Assembly: GCA_040755455.1 (NCBI GenBank)
Contig: JBFMAY010000003.1
Coordinates: 64,047-128,046, forward strand
Direction of reading: 5' to 3'
DNA from: Thermodesulfobacteriota bacterium
GTDB taxonomy: Bacteria > Desulfobacterota > Desulfobulbia > Desulfobulbales > SURF-16
DNA: 64,000 nucleotides
This document shows positions 18,290-27,780 of this stretch, piece by piece (position 1 is the stretch's first letter; each line of letters begins with the position of its first letter). The position numbers were made by a program, and so were the translations under genes. The notes under the pieces were generated by a model. That model saw only the letters and a list, made by a program, of their open reading frames with translations, was not told the DNA's origin and searched no databases.

Positions 18290-18829
18290 ATGGCAGAACA
18301 AAATGACATCATCGCCAAAATGGACACCACCAAAGGCACCATCAATCTGAAACTCTTTGCCGACATCGTGCCGCTCACCGTGGCAAGTTTTGTCAACCTG
18401 GCTAAAAGGGGTTTTTATGACGGCCTCAGCTTCCACCGGGTTATCAAGGACTTCATGGTCCAGGGCGGCTGCCCGCTGGGCACCGGGACCGGCGAACCGG
18501 GCTACCGTTTTGAAGATGAGTTTGACCGGCGGCTGCTGCACGACGAGCCGGGCAAGCTCTCCATGGCCAACGCCGGCCCCAAGACCAACGGCAGCCAGTT
18601 TTTCATCACCCATGTCCCCTGCCCCTGGCTTGACGGCAAGCACGCGGTTTTCGGCGCCGTGGTCAGTCAAACCGACATGGACGTGGTCAACGCCATCGCC
18701 CAAGGCGACAAGATCAACTCCGTTACCATCGAGGGCGACACCACCGCGCTCTACAGCAAGATGCAGGCGCGTATCGACCAGTGGAACAAGGCCCTGGACC
18801 TTAACCATCCCCATCTGAAAAAAGCATGA
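18290..18829 (+). CDS. Cyclophilin-type peptidyl-prolyl isomerase (cytoplasmic)
   Basis: [42 protein letters not shown]. Confidence 0.95.
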   Translation: MAEQNDIIAKMDTTKGTINLKLFADIVPLTVASFVNLAKRGFYDGLSFHRVIKDFMVQGGCPLGTGTGEPGYRFEDEFDRRLLHDEPGKLSMANAGPKTNGSQFFITHVPCPWLDGKHAVFGAVVSQTDMDVVNAIAQGDKINSVTIEGDTTALYSKMQARIDQWNKALDLNHPHLKKA

Positions 18830-18833
18830 AACC

Positions 18834-19448
18834 ATGACCACTGCAATCGGCAAAACCCTGGCCCAGACCAGCTTTGACGAGCTGCTGGCGGAATCCACCC
18901 GCATCCACGGCCATATCTGCGCCGGCCAGGTGATCGGGGTGAGAATGGCCATGATCGGCCTGCGGGAGATCGGCATTGCCGACCCCAGGGGGACGGAGCG
19001 CAAAAGTCTCTATGTGCTGGTGGAGATTGACCGCTGCGCCACCGATGCCATCCAGTCGGTGACCGGCTGCAGCCTGGGCAAACGCTCGCTCAAGTGGCTC
19101 GATCACGGCGTCATGGCCGCCACCTTTGTCAACCTGGGCACGGGCAAGGCGGTGCGCATCACCGCTAGAGAAGAATCCCGCGAGCTGGCCAAAAAGTACA
19201 GCCCGGAGGTGGAAGGCAAGTACAAACAGCAGCTTGAGGCCTATCGCGTGATGCCCGAGGAGGAGCTTTTCACCATCCAGCCGGTGTCCCTCACTATCCC
19301 GGCATGCGACTTGCCCGGCCGGCCCACGCAACGGGTACAATGCCAGGACTGCGGGGACTGGGTGCAGGATTGCCGGGAGGTGGTGCGGGACGGCCGGACA
19401 CTATGCAAGGGCTGCGCCTTGGGCCGCTATTATCACCCCCTGGGATAA
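18834..19448 (+). CDS. FmdE-family protein with C-terminal zinc finger
   Basis: HGHICAG, EIDRCATDAIQ..TGC..GK; CQDC...CKGC. Confidence 0.9.
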   Translation: MTTAIGKTLAQTSFDELLAESTRIHGHICAGQVIGVRMAMIGLREIGIADPRGTERKSLYVLVEIDRCATDAIQSVTGCSLGKRSLKWLDHGVMAATFVNLGTGKAVRITAREESRELAKKYSPEVEGKYKQQLEAYRVMPEEELFTIQPVSLTIPACDLPGRPTQRVQCQDCGDWVQDCREVVRDGRTLCKGCALGRYYHPLG

Positions 19449-19456
19449 AAGACATT

Positions 19457-20503
19457 ATGCCGGCAAAGACAATACCAGTTGATCAGGCGGTGGGCATGGT
19501 CCTGCCCCATGATATCACCGAAATCAGAGCGGCAGGCGCGGACAGCGGGGCATTCAAGGGGCCGGCCTTTAAAAAGGGCCATATCATCAGGCCGGAGGAT
19601 GTGGAGCACCTGCGCAGGCTCGGCAAGGAGCGGATCTACCTCCTCACCCTTGACGAAAACGAGATCCACGAAAATGAGGCGGCGCGGCTGATGGCCGACG
19701 CCATGGCCGGAGATGGCGTGGTCACCTCCGGACGGCCCACGGAAGGCAAACTCAGCCTGCTGGCCGCCCATGACGGGCTGCTCAAGGTAAACATCGAGGC
19801 CCTGTATCGTTTCAACCTGCTGGGCGAGGTGATGTGCGCCACCCTGCACGACAACACCCCGGTCAGCAAGGGCGAGCAGGTGGCGGCCACCCGGCTGATC
19901 CCGCTGATTGCCGAACGGCGGCTGGTGGAACAGGCCGCGGCCATTGCCCGGGATGCCGGAGGGCTGCTGCAGGTGAGGCAACTGCGGGCGGCCAGGGCCG
20001 GGCTGGTGATCACCGGCAGCGAGGTCTTTCATGGACGGATCAAGGATTCCTTTGCGCCGGTTCTGCAGGACAAGCTCGGCAAACTCGGCTCCAAGGTGGT
20101 CAAGGTGGCCTTTGCCCCGGATGACGCCAAGCTGATTGCCGCCGAGATCACAGCCTGCATAAAGGAAGAAGAGGCGGATCTCATTATCACCAGCGGCGGC
20201 ATGTCGGTTGATCCGGATGATGTGACCAGGGCCGGCATAATAAAAGCCGGGGCCACGGACATCTGCTACGGCACCCCGGTGCTGCCCGGCGCCATGTTTC
20301 TCACCGGCAGAATAGGTCAGGTGCCGGTGCTGGCCCTGCCGGCCTGCGGCATGTTCCACAAGATTACCGTTTTTGATCTGATCCTGCCCCGGGTGCTGTG
20401 CGGCGAGACCATCACCAGGGAGGACATGGCCCGCCTGGGACATGGGGGGCTGTGCCGTAACTGCAAAAGCTGCCAGTATCCGGTGTGCGGCTTCGGGAAG
20501 TGA
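19457..20503 (+). CDS. Molybdopterin-binding (MoeA-like) protein
   Basis: AVGMVLPHDITEI, TGSEV..G, SGGMSVDPDDVT, GTPVLPGAMF, GGLC..C..C.YP.C.FGK; start moved to ATG 19457. Confidence 0.9.
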   Translation: MPAKTIPVDQAVGMVLPHDITEIRAAGADSGAFKGPAFKKGHIIRPEDVEHLRRLGKERIYLLTLDENEIHENEAARLMADAMAGDGVVTSGRPTEGKLSLLAAHDGLLKVNIEALYRFNLLGEVMCATLHDNTPVSKGEQVAATRLIPLIAERRLVEQAAAIARDAGGLLQVRQLRAARAGLVITGSEVFHGRIKDSFAPVLQDKLGKLGSKVVKVAFAPDDAKLIAAEITACIKEEEADLIITSGGMSVDPDDVTRAGIIKAGATDICYGTPVLPGAMFLTGRIGQVPVLALPACGMFHKITVFDLILPRVLCGETITREDMARLGHGGLCRNCKSCQYPVCGFGK

Positions 20504-20505
20504 AT

Positions 20506-20534
20506 TGGTCTTACTGGTCAGACCAGTAAGACCA
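20506..20534. repeat. Perfect 14-bp inverted repeat between convergent genes (possible bidirectional terminator)
   Basis: TGGTCTTACTGGTC-A-GACCAGTAAGACCA. Confidence 0.65.
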
Positions 20535-20539
20535 GCCGA

Positions 20540-21622
20540 CTAATCAGGCCGGATAATCATCCAGGTGCGCATGGCGAGGCGGCCCGTCTTCTTGTCCTTG
20601 CCGCTCACCGTCACCCGGTTCACATGGCGCTGCAGGGGACGGTTGTTGTCGATGGAGACGAAACCGCCGTCAACCTTGGCCCGTTGCCAGCCCAAATCAG
20701 TCACATAAATCCCCAGGGAGTTCGGTTCATACCTGTCCGGATGGAGCAGGGTCGCGCCGAATCTCTTCACCAGGGCGTTCTTGAGCGGCGCCGGCGGCGG
20801 TTCCATCACCGTCACCGGCATGTCGATGCGGTTCAGCACCTCGGCAAAATGCTTCATGGTGCTCCACTCATTGCCGAGAATCGGCTCCCGGGGGATGGAG
20901 TTCAGATCCGTCTCCGGGCTGATGGAGCCGGGGTCCTGGCTCATGATGGCCGCATAGCCCAGTTTCCTGGCCTCCTCCTGAACAATGGAGTTGTACTCGC
21001 CATAGGGAATGGACAGGATTTTTGCCTGATGCCCCAGCTGCTGCTCAAGGATTTGGGCGCCCTTGGTCAGATCATCCCTGATCCAGGCCCGGTAACCGGC
21101 CTCATCAAGCCCTGCGGGCCGGTCGGCCATGCGGTTGTGGGAGTATGAGTGGTCCTGGAATTCACCGCCCTGTTTCTGCACCTCGCGCACCTGATCCCAG
21201 GTCATATAGGCCTTGGAGCCGCTGTCAATCCCTTTCACATAGAGGAAAACGGTGAACGGGTAGCCGAAGGACTGGAGGATGGGCCAGGCCACGTCGTAGA
21301 CGCTGCGGTAGCCGTCGTCAATGGTGATCACCACTGCCTTGTCGGGCAGCGGCGTCTTGTGCTCGATGGCGCTGACCAGATCACTTAGGGCGATGACCTG
21401 GTAATTGTTGACCATCAGGTAGGCCAGCTGTTCACGGAACCGCTCGGCGCTGACGTTGGTGGTGGGGTATTTGTTTTCGTCGAAGCGGTGGTAGATCAAC
21501 ACGGTGACGTTGGCACCGGCGGGCTCCCCGGCCCAGGGGACGGACGGCAGAAAAAACGCGAGAAAAAGAATGACAATTAATGCATAACAGAATGGAATAG
21601 CGTCTTTTTTAGATTTTCTCAT
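20540..21622 (-). CDS. Polysaccharide deacetylase family protein (exported)
   Basis: Signal/TM, LIYHRF, ITIDDGY, HSYSH, PYGEY motifs. Confidence 0.9.
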   Translation of the reverse strand: MRKSKKDAIPFCYALIVILFLAFFLPSVPWAGEPAGANVTVLIYHRFDENKYPTTNVSAERFREQLAYLMVNNYQVIALSDLVSAIEHKTPLPDKAVVITIDDGYRSVYDVAWPILQSFGYPFTVFLYVKGIDSGSKAYMTWDQVREVQKQGGEFQDHSYSHNRMADRPAGLDEAGYRAWIRDDLTKGAQILEQQLGHQAKILSIPYGEYNSIVQEEARKLGYAAIMSQDPGSISPETDLNSIPREPILGNEWSTMKHFAEVLNRIDMPVTVMEPPPAPLKNALVKRFGATLLHPDRYEPNSLGIYVTDLGWQRAKVDGGFVSIDNNRPLQRHVNRVTVSGKDKKTGRLAMRTWMIIRPD

Positions 21623-22730
21623 TACTCGACCTCTCAAGAGCGGCAAGATTCACAGGCCTCTCCCGCCGCTGCTGAGAGTTTTGCGCAAGCTCCATGGCGT
21701 CAAACCGTTGCAGTTCATTGGTGGCAATAATCTGTTTCACATCCTCGATATAGGAGTCCCGTCTTTCCGAATACAAGAGCAGGCCTTCGGCAATGGCCAT
21801 GGAGCTTCCGGTGCGGCTGCGCATTTCCCACAGGCCGGTATAAGCCGGATGGCGGTTGATCATCAGCAGGTAGGCGCGCACGGAATCAAGCAGGGTATCG
21901 AAGGAAGCCACCTTATGCAGGGAGTCCTTGGCGCGGTTTGCCGGGGTCATGCCCTTATCGCCCCAAGTCCAGATGCCGAAGAGGTTATTGCCTTCCGCGA
22001 CAAAACGGGAACCGCCCCAGGAGGATTCAAGGGCGCCCTGGGCGAGAATAAGGCTGACCGGCAGCACGTCAACCCTGAGCTGCAGCTTCTCTTTGGAATT
22101 GGTGCGGTATTTGCGGACAAGATGCTGCAGAAAATCTATTTCCGCGTCGCTGACATGCTGGGGCCAGACGGTTTCATCATCGAACAGGAGGGCGTCTTCC
22201 GTGCTGCCCAGCTTGGCAAGTATGGTCTGCAGGGAGGTTTTCTCCTGGGTAATTTCATTGAGGGCGATGAGGCTGATGGGCAACAGGGTGTTGATAAAGG
22301 CCTTTTTCTTGGTCGCCACATCGAGATCATTCATATCCTGGGGAAGATTGACGAATGAGACAGGAGGAACGACGGCATTGTCTCCGATGTCCCACAGGTT
22401 TCTGCTGCGCAGATTTTCGAGCAGGTCGGCGGTGGAATCCACCCGGATGGCGTTCACCTTGCCGGCATGGGCGTTTTCGCCGGTTTCTTTATCGGAAACC
22501 CTCTGCCCCGCGGGACGACAGGCAACAAGAACCAGGATCAGGCAAAGGCACAGCAAAGCCACCACCACACTGGCGGTCAAGATTTTCTGTGCCGGGGAAA
22601 TGCCGGGTGGGGGCGGCCCTGCCATGGCCGGCCGGCCGAAGGCGGGAGATCGGCCGCCCAGATCAGCCTTCTTCAGATAGCCGGTGCCGGAAAAATCAAT
22701 CTTCCGTTTATTTTCATAAAAATTGGCCAT
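21609..22730 (-). CDS. Glucosaminidase-domain (Bax-like) protein
   Basis: TM anchor; KKKAFI, LAQGALESSWGGSRF..GNNLFG, NRHPAY, YSER. Confidence 0.88.
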   Translation of the reverse strand: MANFYENKRKIDFSGTGYLKKADLGGRSPAFGRPAMAGPPPPGISPAQKILTASVVVALLCLCLILVLVACRPAGQRVSDKETGENAHAGKVNAIRVDSTADLLENLRSRNLWDIGDNAVVPPVSFVNLPQDMNDLDVATKKKAFINTLLPISLIALNEITQEKTSLQTILAKLGSTEDALLFDDETVWPQHVSDAEIDFLQHLVRKYRTNSKEKLQLRVDVLPVSLILAQGALESSWGGSRFVAEGNNLFGIWTWGDKGMTPANRAKDSLHKVASFDTLLDSVRAYLLMINRHPAYTGLWEMRSRTGSSMAIAEGLLLYSERRDSYIEDVKQIIATNELQRFDAMELAQNSQQRRERPVNLAALERSSNEKI

Positions 22731-22959
22731 AAAACTTATTTCCTGTAATTTAGGAGAGTTATCCGAACCATACCACAGCCGCTGGACCCCTCGATTCGGG
22801 GTACTATATATGGTGGAGTTGCAAAAATCAAACTTATTCTTTCCGGCTGCAGGGCGCCTAAAGTATGTAACGAAAAGTTGTCAAAAAAAAATCAACGGGT
22901 TAATGATGGGAAATCAAAGTGGAAAATCGCATACCAATTTAATCTTACGGAGGAAAGAT

Positions 22960-23544
22960 ATGATTTACCGCCTGCTTGTTTTTTTTCTGCTGCTCTGCCA
23001 GCCGTTGGCTTCTCAGGCCGCCGACAGCGCGGCCCAGCCCGGTAAAGGAAAGATTGTCATGGAAACAACCATGGGAACGATCAAAATCGAACTTTTCGAT
23101 GACAAGGCGCCCATTACCTGCAGCAACTTCCGCCGTTACGTGGGTGAGGGGTTCTTCAACGGCCTTATTTTTCACCGGGTCATTCCCGGCTTTGTCGTGC
23201 AGGGCGGCGGTTTTGAGCCGGGCATGAAAAAAAGAAGCACCCATGAGCCTATTGTCAATGAGGCGGACAACGGCCTGAAAAACACCAGGGGTACGCTTTC
23301 CATGGCCCGCACCCAGGATATTTACAGCGCCACCAGCCAGTTCTTCATCAATGTGGTGGATAATGCGAGCCTTGACCACCGTGGCAAAACACCGACCGCC
23401 TTCGGCTACGCGGTTTTCGCCAGGGTCACTGAGGGCATGGATGTGGTTGATAAGATTGTGGCTACCCCCACCGGCCAGGTAGGGGGGTACGGTGACGTGC
23501 CCAAGACCGACGTGGTCATGACCAAGGTATACGAGGAGAAGTAG
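22960..23544 (+). CDS. Periplasmic cyclophilin-type PPIase
   Basis: GGAGG RBS before ATG 22960, signal peptide, FHRVIPGFVVQGGG, MART..SATSQFFIN..DN..LD. Confidence 0.92.
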   Translation: MIYRLLVFFLLLCQPLASQAADSAAQPGKGKIVMETTMGTIKIELFDDKAPITCSNFRRYVGEGFFNGLIFHRVIPGFVVQGGGFEPGMKKRSTHEPIVNEADNGLKNTRGTLSMARTQDIYSATSQFFINVVDNASLDHRGKTPTAFGYAVFARVTEGMDVVDKIVATPTGQVGGYGDVPKTDVVMTKVYEEK

Positions 23545-23586
23545 CGATCAAGCGTTACAACGTTTAAACGCTTAAACGCCCGAACG

Positions 23587-25575
23587 CTATTTTTTCCCCT
23601 CATCGAACAGGGACAGGATCTTGGGGTCCTGTCCCTCATCCTCGCTTTTTTTCTCCGTCAGTTCGTTGATCCGCCGCACCGGCCGGATTGACACCCGTTT
23701 TCCTTTGGCGATTGAACCCTTGATGAGAAATTCATCGAAGCAGAAATCCTCATAATTTTTCTTGGCCCTTTTGGACGGCTTGAGGTGGATGCGTATCCTG
23801 CTCCCCTCTCCCAGTGACAGGAATTGGATGTGCGACTTGCCGTGCGGCGGGAAAAGATGGTATTCCTTTTCCAGGATGAACTTGGGGCAATGGAACCGCT
23901 TGATATAACTCAGCTCCTCTTCGCCATCCAGATAGACCGCATTGAAGACCAGTTTTTCATCAACCGTGCCCACCCAGCACAGATCGGAACCGACAAAGAC
24001 CTTGTCGGCCACATGGATCACCTTGTAAATGCCGTTGTTGAAGATCAGCAGCAGCTTGTCATACTCAGAGCAGGCAAAGGAACGGTCGCAGTCGGATTTG
24101 ACCTGATGGCCGAGAAAGCCGCTCTCCCGGTGGTAACCCACGGTGAGATTGGAGAGCGCCACATCCCTGGCCTCCACCTCGGAGAAGGTGGCGATCTCCG
24201 TGCGCCGCGGGTAAAGATGGCCGTAAGTCGTAAGCAGCCTGTCCAGGTAGCGCAGGGTGAAGCCCACCATGTCCCGCAGATCCTTTTCCACCTCCCGGGT
24301 CCTGTCCTGGATCTCCTTGATGTCCTTGCGTTTTTTGTCAATGTCGTAGCGGGAGATGCGGCGGATGCGGATCTCAAGCAGCCTCTCTATGTCATCCTTG
24401 GTCACGTCGCGCAGCAGCCGCTCCCGGGAAGGGGCAAGGGCCTCGTTCACCGTAGCAACCACCAGCCGGTAACTGGTGCATTCCTCGATTTTCTTGTACA
24501 GCCGCTCCTCAATAAAGATCTGCTCCAGCAGATGGGCATGCAGTTTTTCCCGCAGGCGGTCCAGTTCGATTCTGAGCTCGGTCTCCAGGTCCGCCTTGAG
24601 TTTCGCCGTGTTGTCCAGCAGCAGCTCGGAAACCGAGATATTGACCGGCCGGTTGTTGCGGATGGAGGTCAGATTGGGGCTGATGGGCACCTCGCAGTCG
24701 GAAAAGGCGTAGAGCGCCCTGATGGTGTCCTCGGCGTAAATGCCGCGGGCGAGCTTGATCTCGATCTCCACCTCTTCGGCGGTATAATCGTTGATGGAAA
24801 CAATCTTGATCTTGCCTGATTTGGCCGCCTTCTCAATGCTTTCCATGATGGACAGGGTGGTGGTGGTGTAGGGAATCTCCTTGATGAGAATGGTTTTCTC
24901 GTTTTTTTCCACGATGCGCGCCCGGCACCTGATCCTGCCGTTGCCGTCATTGTAGCCGTTGACATCCATGAGCCCGCCCTGAGGAAAATCAGGGTAGATG
25001 GCAAAGGGCTCTCCCCGCAGAATCTTTTTCTGGGCCTCCAGCAACTCGCAGAAATTATGGGGCATGATCTTGGTGGCCATGCCCACGGCAATGCCGTCCG
25101 CCCCCTGGAGCAGCAGCAATGGGAGCTTGGCCGGCAGCACCACCGGCTCCTGCATGCGGCCGTCATAGGAATCGACAAATTCCGTCAGGTCCTTGTTGAA
25201 CAGGATTTCCCGGGCCAGGGGGGTGAGACGGCACTCGATATAACGGGCCGCAGAAGGCCCGTCGCCGGTGAAGATGTTGCCGAAGTTGCCCTGTCGTTCG
25301 ATGAGATAGCCCTTGTTGGCCAGATTGACCAGGGCCCCGAAGATGGACTGGTCGCCGTGGGGATGGAGCTTCATGGTTTCGCCGACCACATTGGCAACCT
25401 TGTTGAAGCGGCCGTCATCCATGTTGAACAGGGTCTGCATGATGCGCCGCTGCACCGGCTTCAGGCCGTCGGTCACATCCGGGATGGCCCGTTCCTTGAT
25501 CACATAGGAGGTGTAGTCCAGAAAATTGGTGTCAAAAAGCTGATGCAGCGATCCGTATTCGGTCAGATTTTCCAT
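23587..25575 (-). CDS. parC: Type IIA topoisomerase A subunit (topoisomerase IV ParC-like, short form)
   Basis: RAIPD..DGLKPVQRR, HPHGD, AARYIE catalytic Tyr, GIAVGMAT; no GyrA-box seen. Confidence 0.85.
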   Translation of the reverse strand: MENLTEYGSLHQLFDTNFLDYTSYVIKERAIPDVTDGLKPVQRRIMQTLFNMDDGRFNKVANVVGETMKLHPHGDQSIFGALVNLANKGYLIERQGNFGNIFTGDGPSAARYIECRLTPLAREILFNKDLTEFVDSYDGRMQEPVVLPAKLPLLLLQGADGIAVGMATKIMPHNFCELLEAQKKILRGEPFAIYPDFPQGGLMDVNGYNDGNGRIRCRARIVEKNEKTILIKEIPYTTTTLSIMESIEKAAKSGKIKIVSINDYTAEEVEIEIKLARGIYAEDTIRALYAFSDCEVPISPNLTSIRNNRPVNISVSELLLDNTAKLKADLETELRIELDRLREKLHAHLLEQIFIEERLYKKIEECTSYRLVVATVNEALAPSRERLLRDVTKDDIERLLEIRIRRISRYDIDKKRKDIKEIQDRTREVEKDLRDMVGFTLRYLDRLLTTYGHLYPRRTEIATFSEVEARDVALSNLTVGYHRESGFLGHQVKSDCDRSFACSEYDKLLLIFNNGIYKVIHVADKVFVGSDLCWVGTVDEKLVFNAVYLDGEEELSYIKRFHCPKFILEKEYHLFPPHGKSHIQFLSLGEGSRIRIHLKPSKRAKKNYEDFCFDEFLIKGSIAKGKRVSIRPVRRINELTEKKSEDEGQDPKILSLFDEGKK

Positions 25576-25609
25576 ATATTTGTCTTACTGGTCTGATTGG
25601 TCCGACTCA

Positions 25610-27439
25610 TCAGACTAAATGGGTCATGATGTACTCTTTGCGCACCGGGGTGTTTTTCCCCATGTAAAAAGAGAGCAGCCGGGGCACGTCGCTCAACCGG
25701 TCAATGCTCACCTGCTGCAGGCGCATGCCGGGGCCGATGAACTGCTTGAACTCACGGGGCGAGATCTCGCCAAGGCCCTTGAACCTGGTGATCTCCACCC
25801 GTTTATCGGCCTTACCCTTGCCGCGCAGTTCCTTTTCCGCCTCGATCTTCTCCTTTTCCGAATAACAGTACCGGGTTTCCTCCTTGTTGCGCACCCGGAA
25901 AATCGGGGTCTCCAGAATGTAGACATGGCCCCGTTTGACCAGGTTTTCAAAATAGGTGAGGAAGAAGGTGAGCATCAAATTGCGGATATGCAGGCCGTCC
26001 ACATCGGCGTCGGTGGCCAGGATCACCTTGTCGTAGCGCAGGCCGCCCACCGAGTCCTCGATATTGAGCGCCCGCATCATGTTGTACAGCTCCTCGTTCT
26101 TGTACAGCAGGGTCATGGACTGGCCGTAGACGTTCATCGGCTTGCCCTTCAGGGAAAAGACCGCCTGGTTCATGGGGTCGCGGGAGCTGACAATGGAGCC
26201 TGAGGCGGACTGGCCCTCGGTGATGAAGACCATGTTTTCCCGGCCGGGCGCAGACGGGTTATCCTTGCTGGGATGGTACTTGCAGTCTTTCAGCTGGGGC
26301 ACCCGGATGGCCACCTTTTTCGCCTTGGCCTTGGCCTCCTTGCGCACATGCTGCAGCTCCTTGCGCACCTTCTCGTTCTGCTGGATCTTGTCGATGAGAA
26401 CTTCGGTGACTTCCTTTTCCTTGTAGAGATAATCGCAGACAAAATCCCTTACCCGGTTGACGATGGTCGCCCTGATCTCCGTGTTGCCCAGCTTGTTCTT
26501 GGTCTGGGACTCGAAAATCGGGTCCTTGATCTTCACCGCCACCGTGCCGACAATGCCTTCCCGCACATCTTCGCCCAGGTATTTCTTGCCGGTGAAGTCG
26601 TTGACCCCTTTCAGAATCCCTTCGCGGAAGGCCGAGAGGTGGGTGCCGCCCTCGTTGGTATAGGTGCCGTTGACAAAGGAAAAGTAATTCTCGCCATAGC
26701 CCTCCGTATGACAGAAGGCGAATTCCAGGGTCTCGTCCTTGTAGTAAAGGGGTTCATAGAGCCGGCCCTCGTCGATCTCATTGGCCAGCAGATCAAGCAG
26801 GCCATGGGCGGAAAAAAAGCATTCCTTGTCCAGGTAAAGTTTCAGACCGGCGTTGAGATAGGCGTAGCGCCACAGCCGTTTGCGGACAAAATCCGGATTA
26901 AAGGCATACTCCTCAAAATGCGCCCGGTTGGGCAGGAACTCCACCAGGGTGCCGTTTTTTTCCGTGGTTTCACCCTCGTCCTGGCCCTCGAGGATACCCT
27001 CGGCAAAAACTGCCCGGGCAAAGCGGCCGTCCCGGAAGGAGGTGACAATGAATTTTTCGGACAGGGCATTGACCGCCTTGGTGCCCACGCCATTGAGGCC
27101 AACGGAAAACTGAAAGACATCGGTATTGTATTTCGCTCCGGTATTGATCACCGATACACATTCCACCAGCTTGCCCAGGGGGATGCCGCGGCCGAAGTCG
27201 CGCACCTTGACCCGGCCCTCCTCGCCGTCGTTAATGGTGATGATGACCTTCTTGCCCGCTCCCATGATAAACTCATCAACCGCGTTATCAATGACCTCCT
27301 TGAGCAGGATATAGATGCCGTCATCAGGATGGGAGCCATTGCCGAGCCGGCCGATATACATGCCGGGACGGAGACGGATATGCTCCAGCGAGCTCAAGGT
27401 CTTTATTTTTGATTCATCGTAGGCTACTGTTGCAGACAT
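25610..27439 (-). CDS. parE: Type IIA topoisomerase B subunit (ParE-like)
   Basis: LEHIRLRPGMYIG, EVIDNAVDE, GRGIP, GLNGVG, TEGQSA, TDADVDG, RFKGLGE. Confidence 0.88.
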   Translation of the reverse strand: MSATVAYDESKIKTLSSLEHIRLRPGMYIGRLGNGSHPDDGIYILLKEVIDNAVDEFIMGAGKKVIITINDGEEGRVKVRDFGRGIPLGKLVECVSVINTGAKYNTDVFQFSVGLNGVGTKAVNALSEKFIVTSFRDGRFARAVFAEGILEGQDEGETTEKNGTLVEFLPNRAHFEEYAFNPDFVRKRLWRYAYLNAGLKLYLDKECFFSAHGLLDLLANEIDEGRLYEPLYYKDETLEFAFCHTEGYGENYFSFVNGTYTNEGGTHLSAFREGILKGVNDFTGKKYLGEDVREGIVGTVAVKIKDPIFESQTKNKLGNTEIRATIVNRVRDFVCDYLYKEKEVTEVLIDKIQQNEKVRKELQHVRKEAKAKAKKVAIRVPQLKDCKYHPSKDNPSAPGRENMVFITEGQSASGSIVSSRDPMNQAVFSLKGKPMNVYGQSMTLLYKNEELYNMMRALNIEDSVGGLRYDKVILATDADVDGLHIRNLMLTFFLTYFENLVKRGHVYILETPIFRVRNKEETRYCYSEKEKIEAEKELRGKGKADKRVEITRFKGLGEISPREFKQFIGPGMRLQQVSIDRLSDVPRLLSFYMGKNTPVRKEYIMTHLV

Positions 27440-27780
27440 ATCGAGTTTTGCGAAAAAGAAAAGTTTAAGGGTTGGCGCAATATTGCAAGTTCCATTCTAT
27501 ATCCCTCTTTCCTGCCGGACGCAACTTCAATTAGAATTGATTTTTTTGTTGTTTTGAAAAATTCTTTGCCTCTCTGACTAGTTACGTTAATGTATTTTTT
27601 TTTAAAAATGATATGATACTGACTTAAGGACGGCAACGGAGCCTGAAACTTCGGCGGCCGCTGTTCTTGTCGAAAAATATTCATCATTTTTGCAATGATT
27701 ACAAAATGTTTTAGCGAAACCCGCAAAATGACTGATACGCAAATTCTAACAAATACATTCTCACAATAAGGATATTTCCC

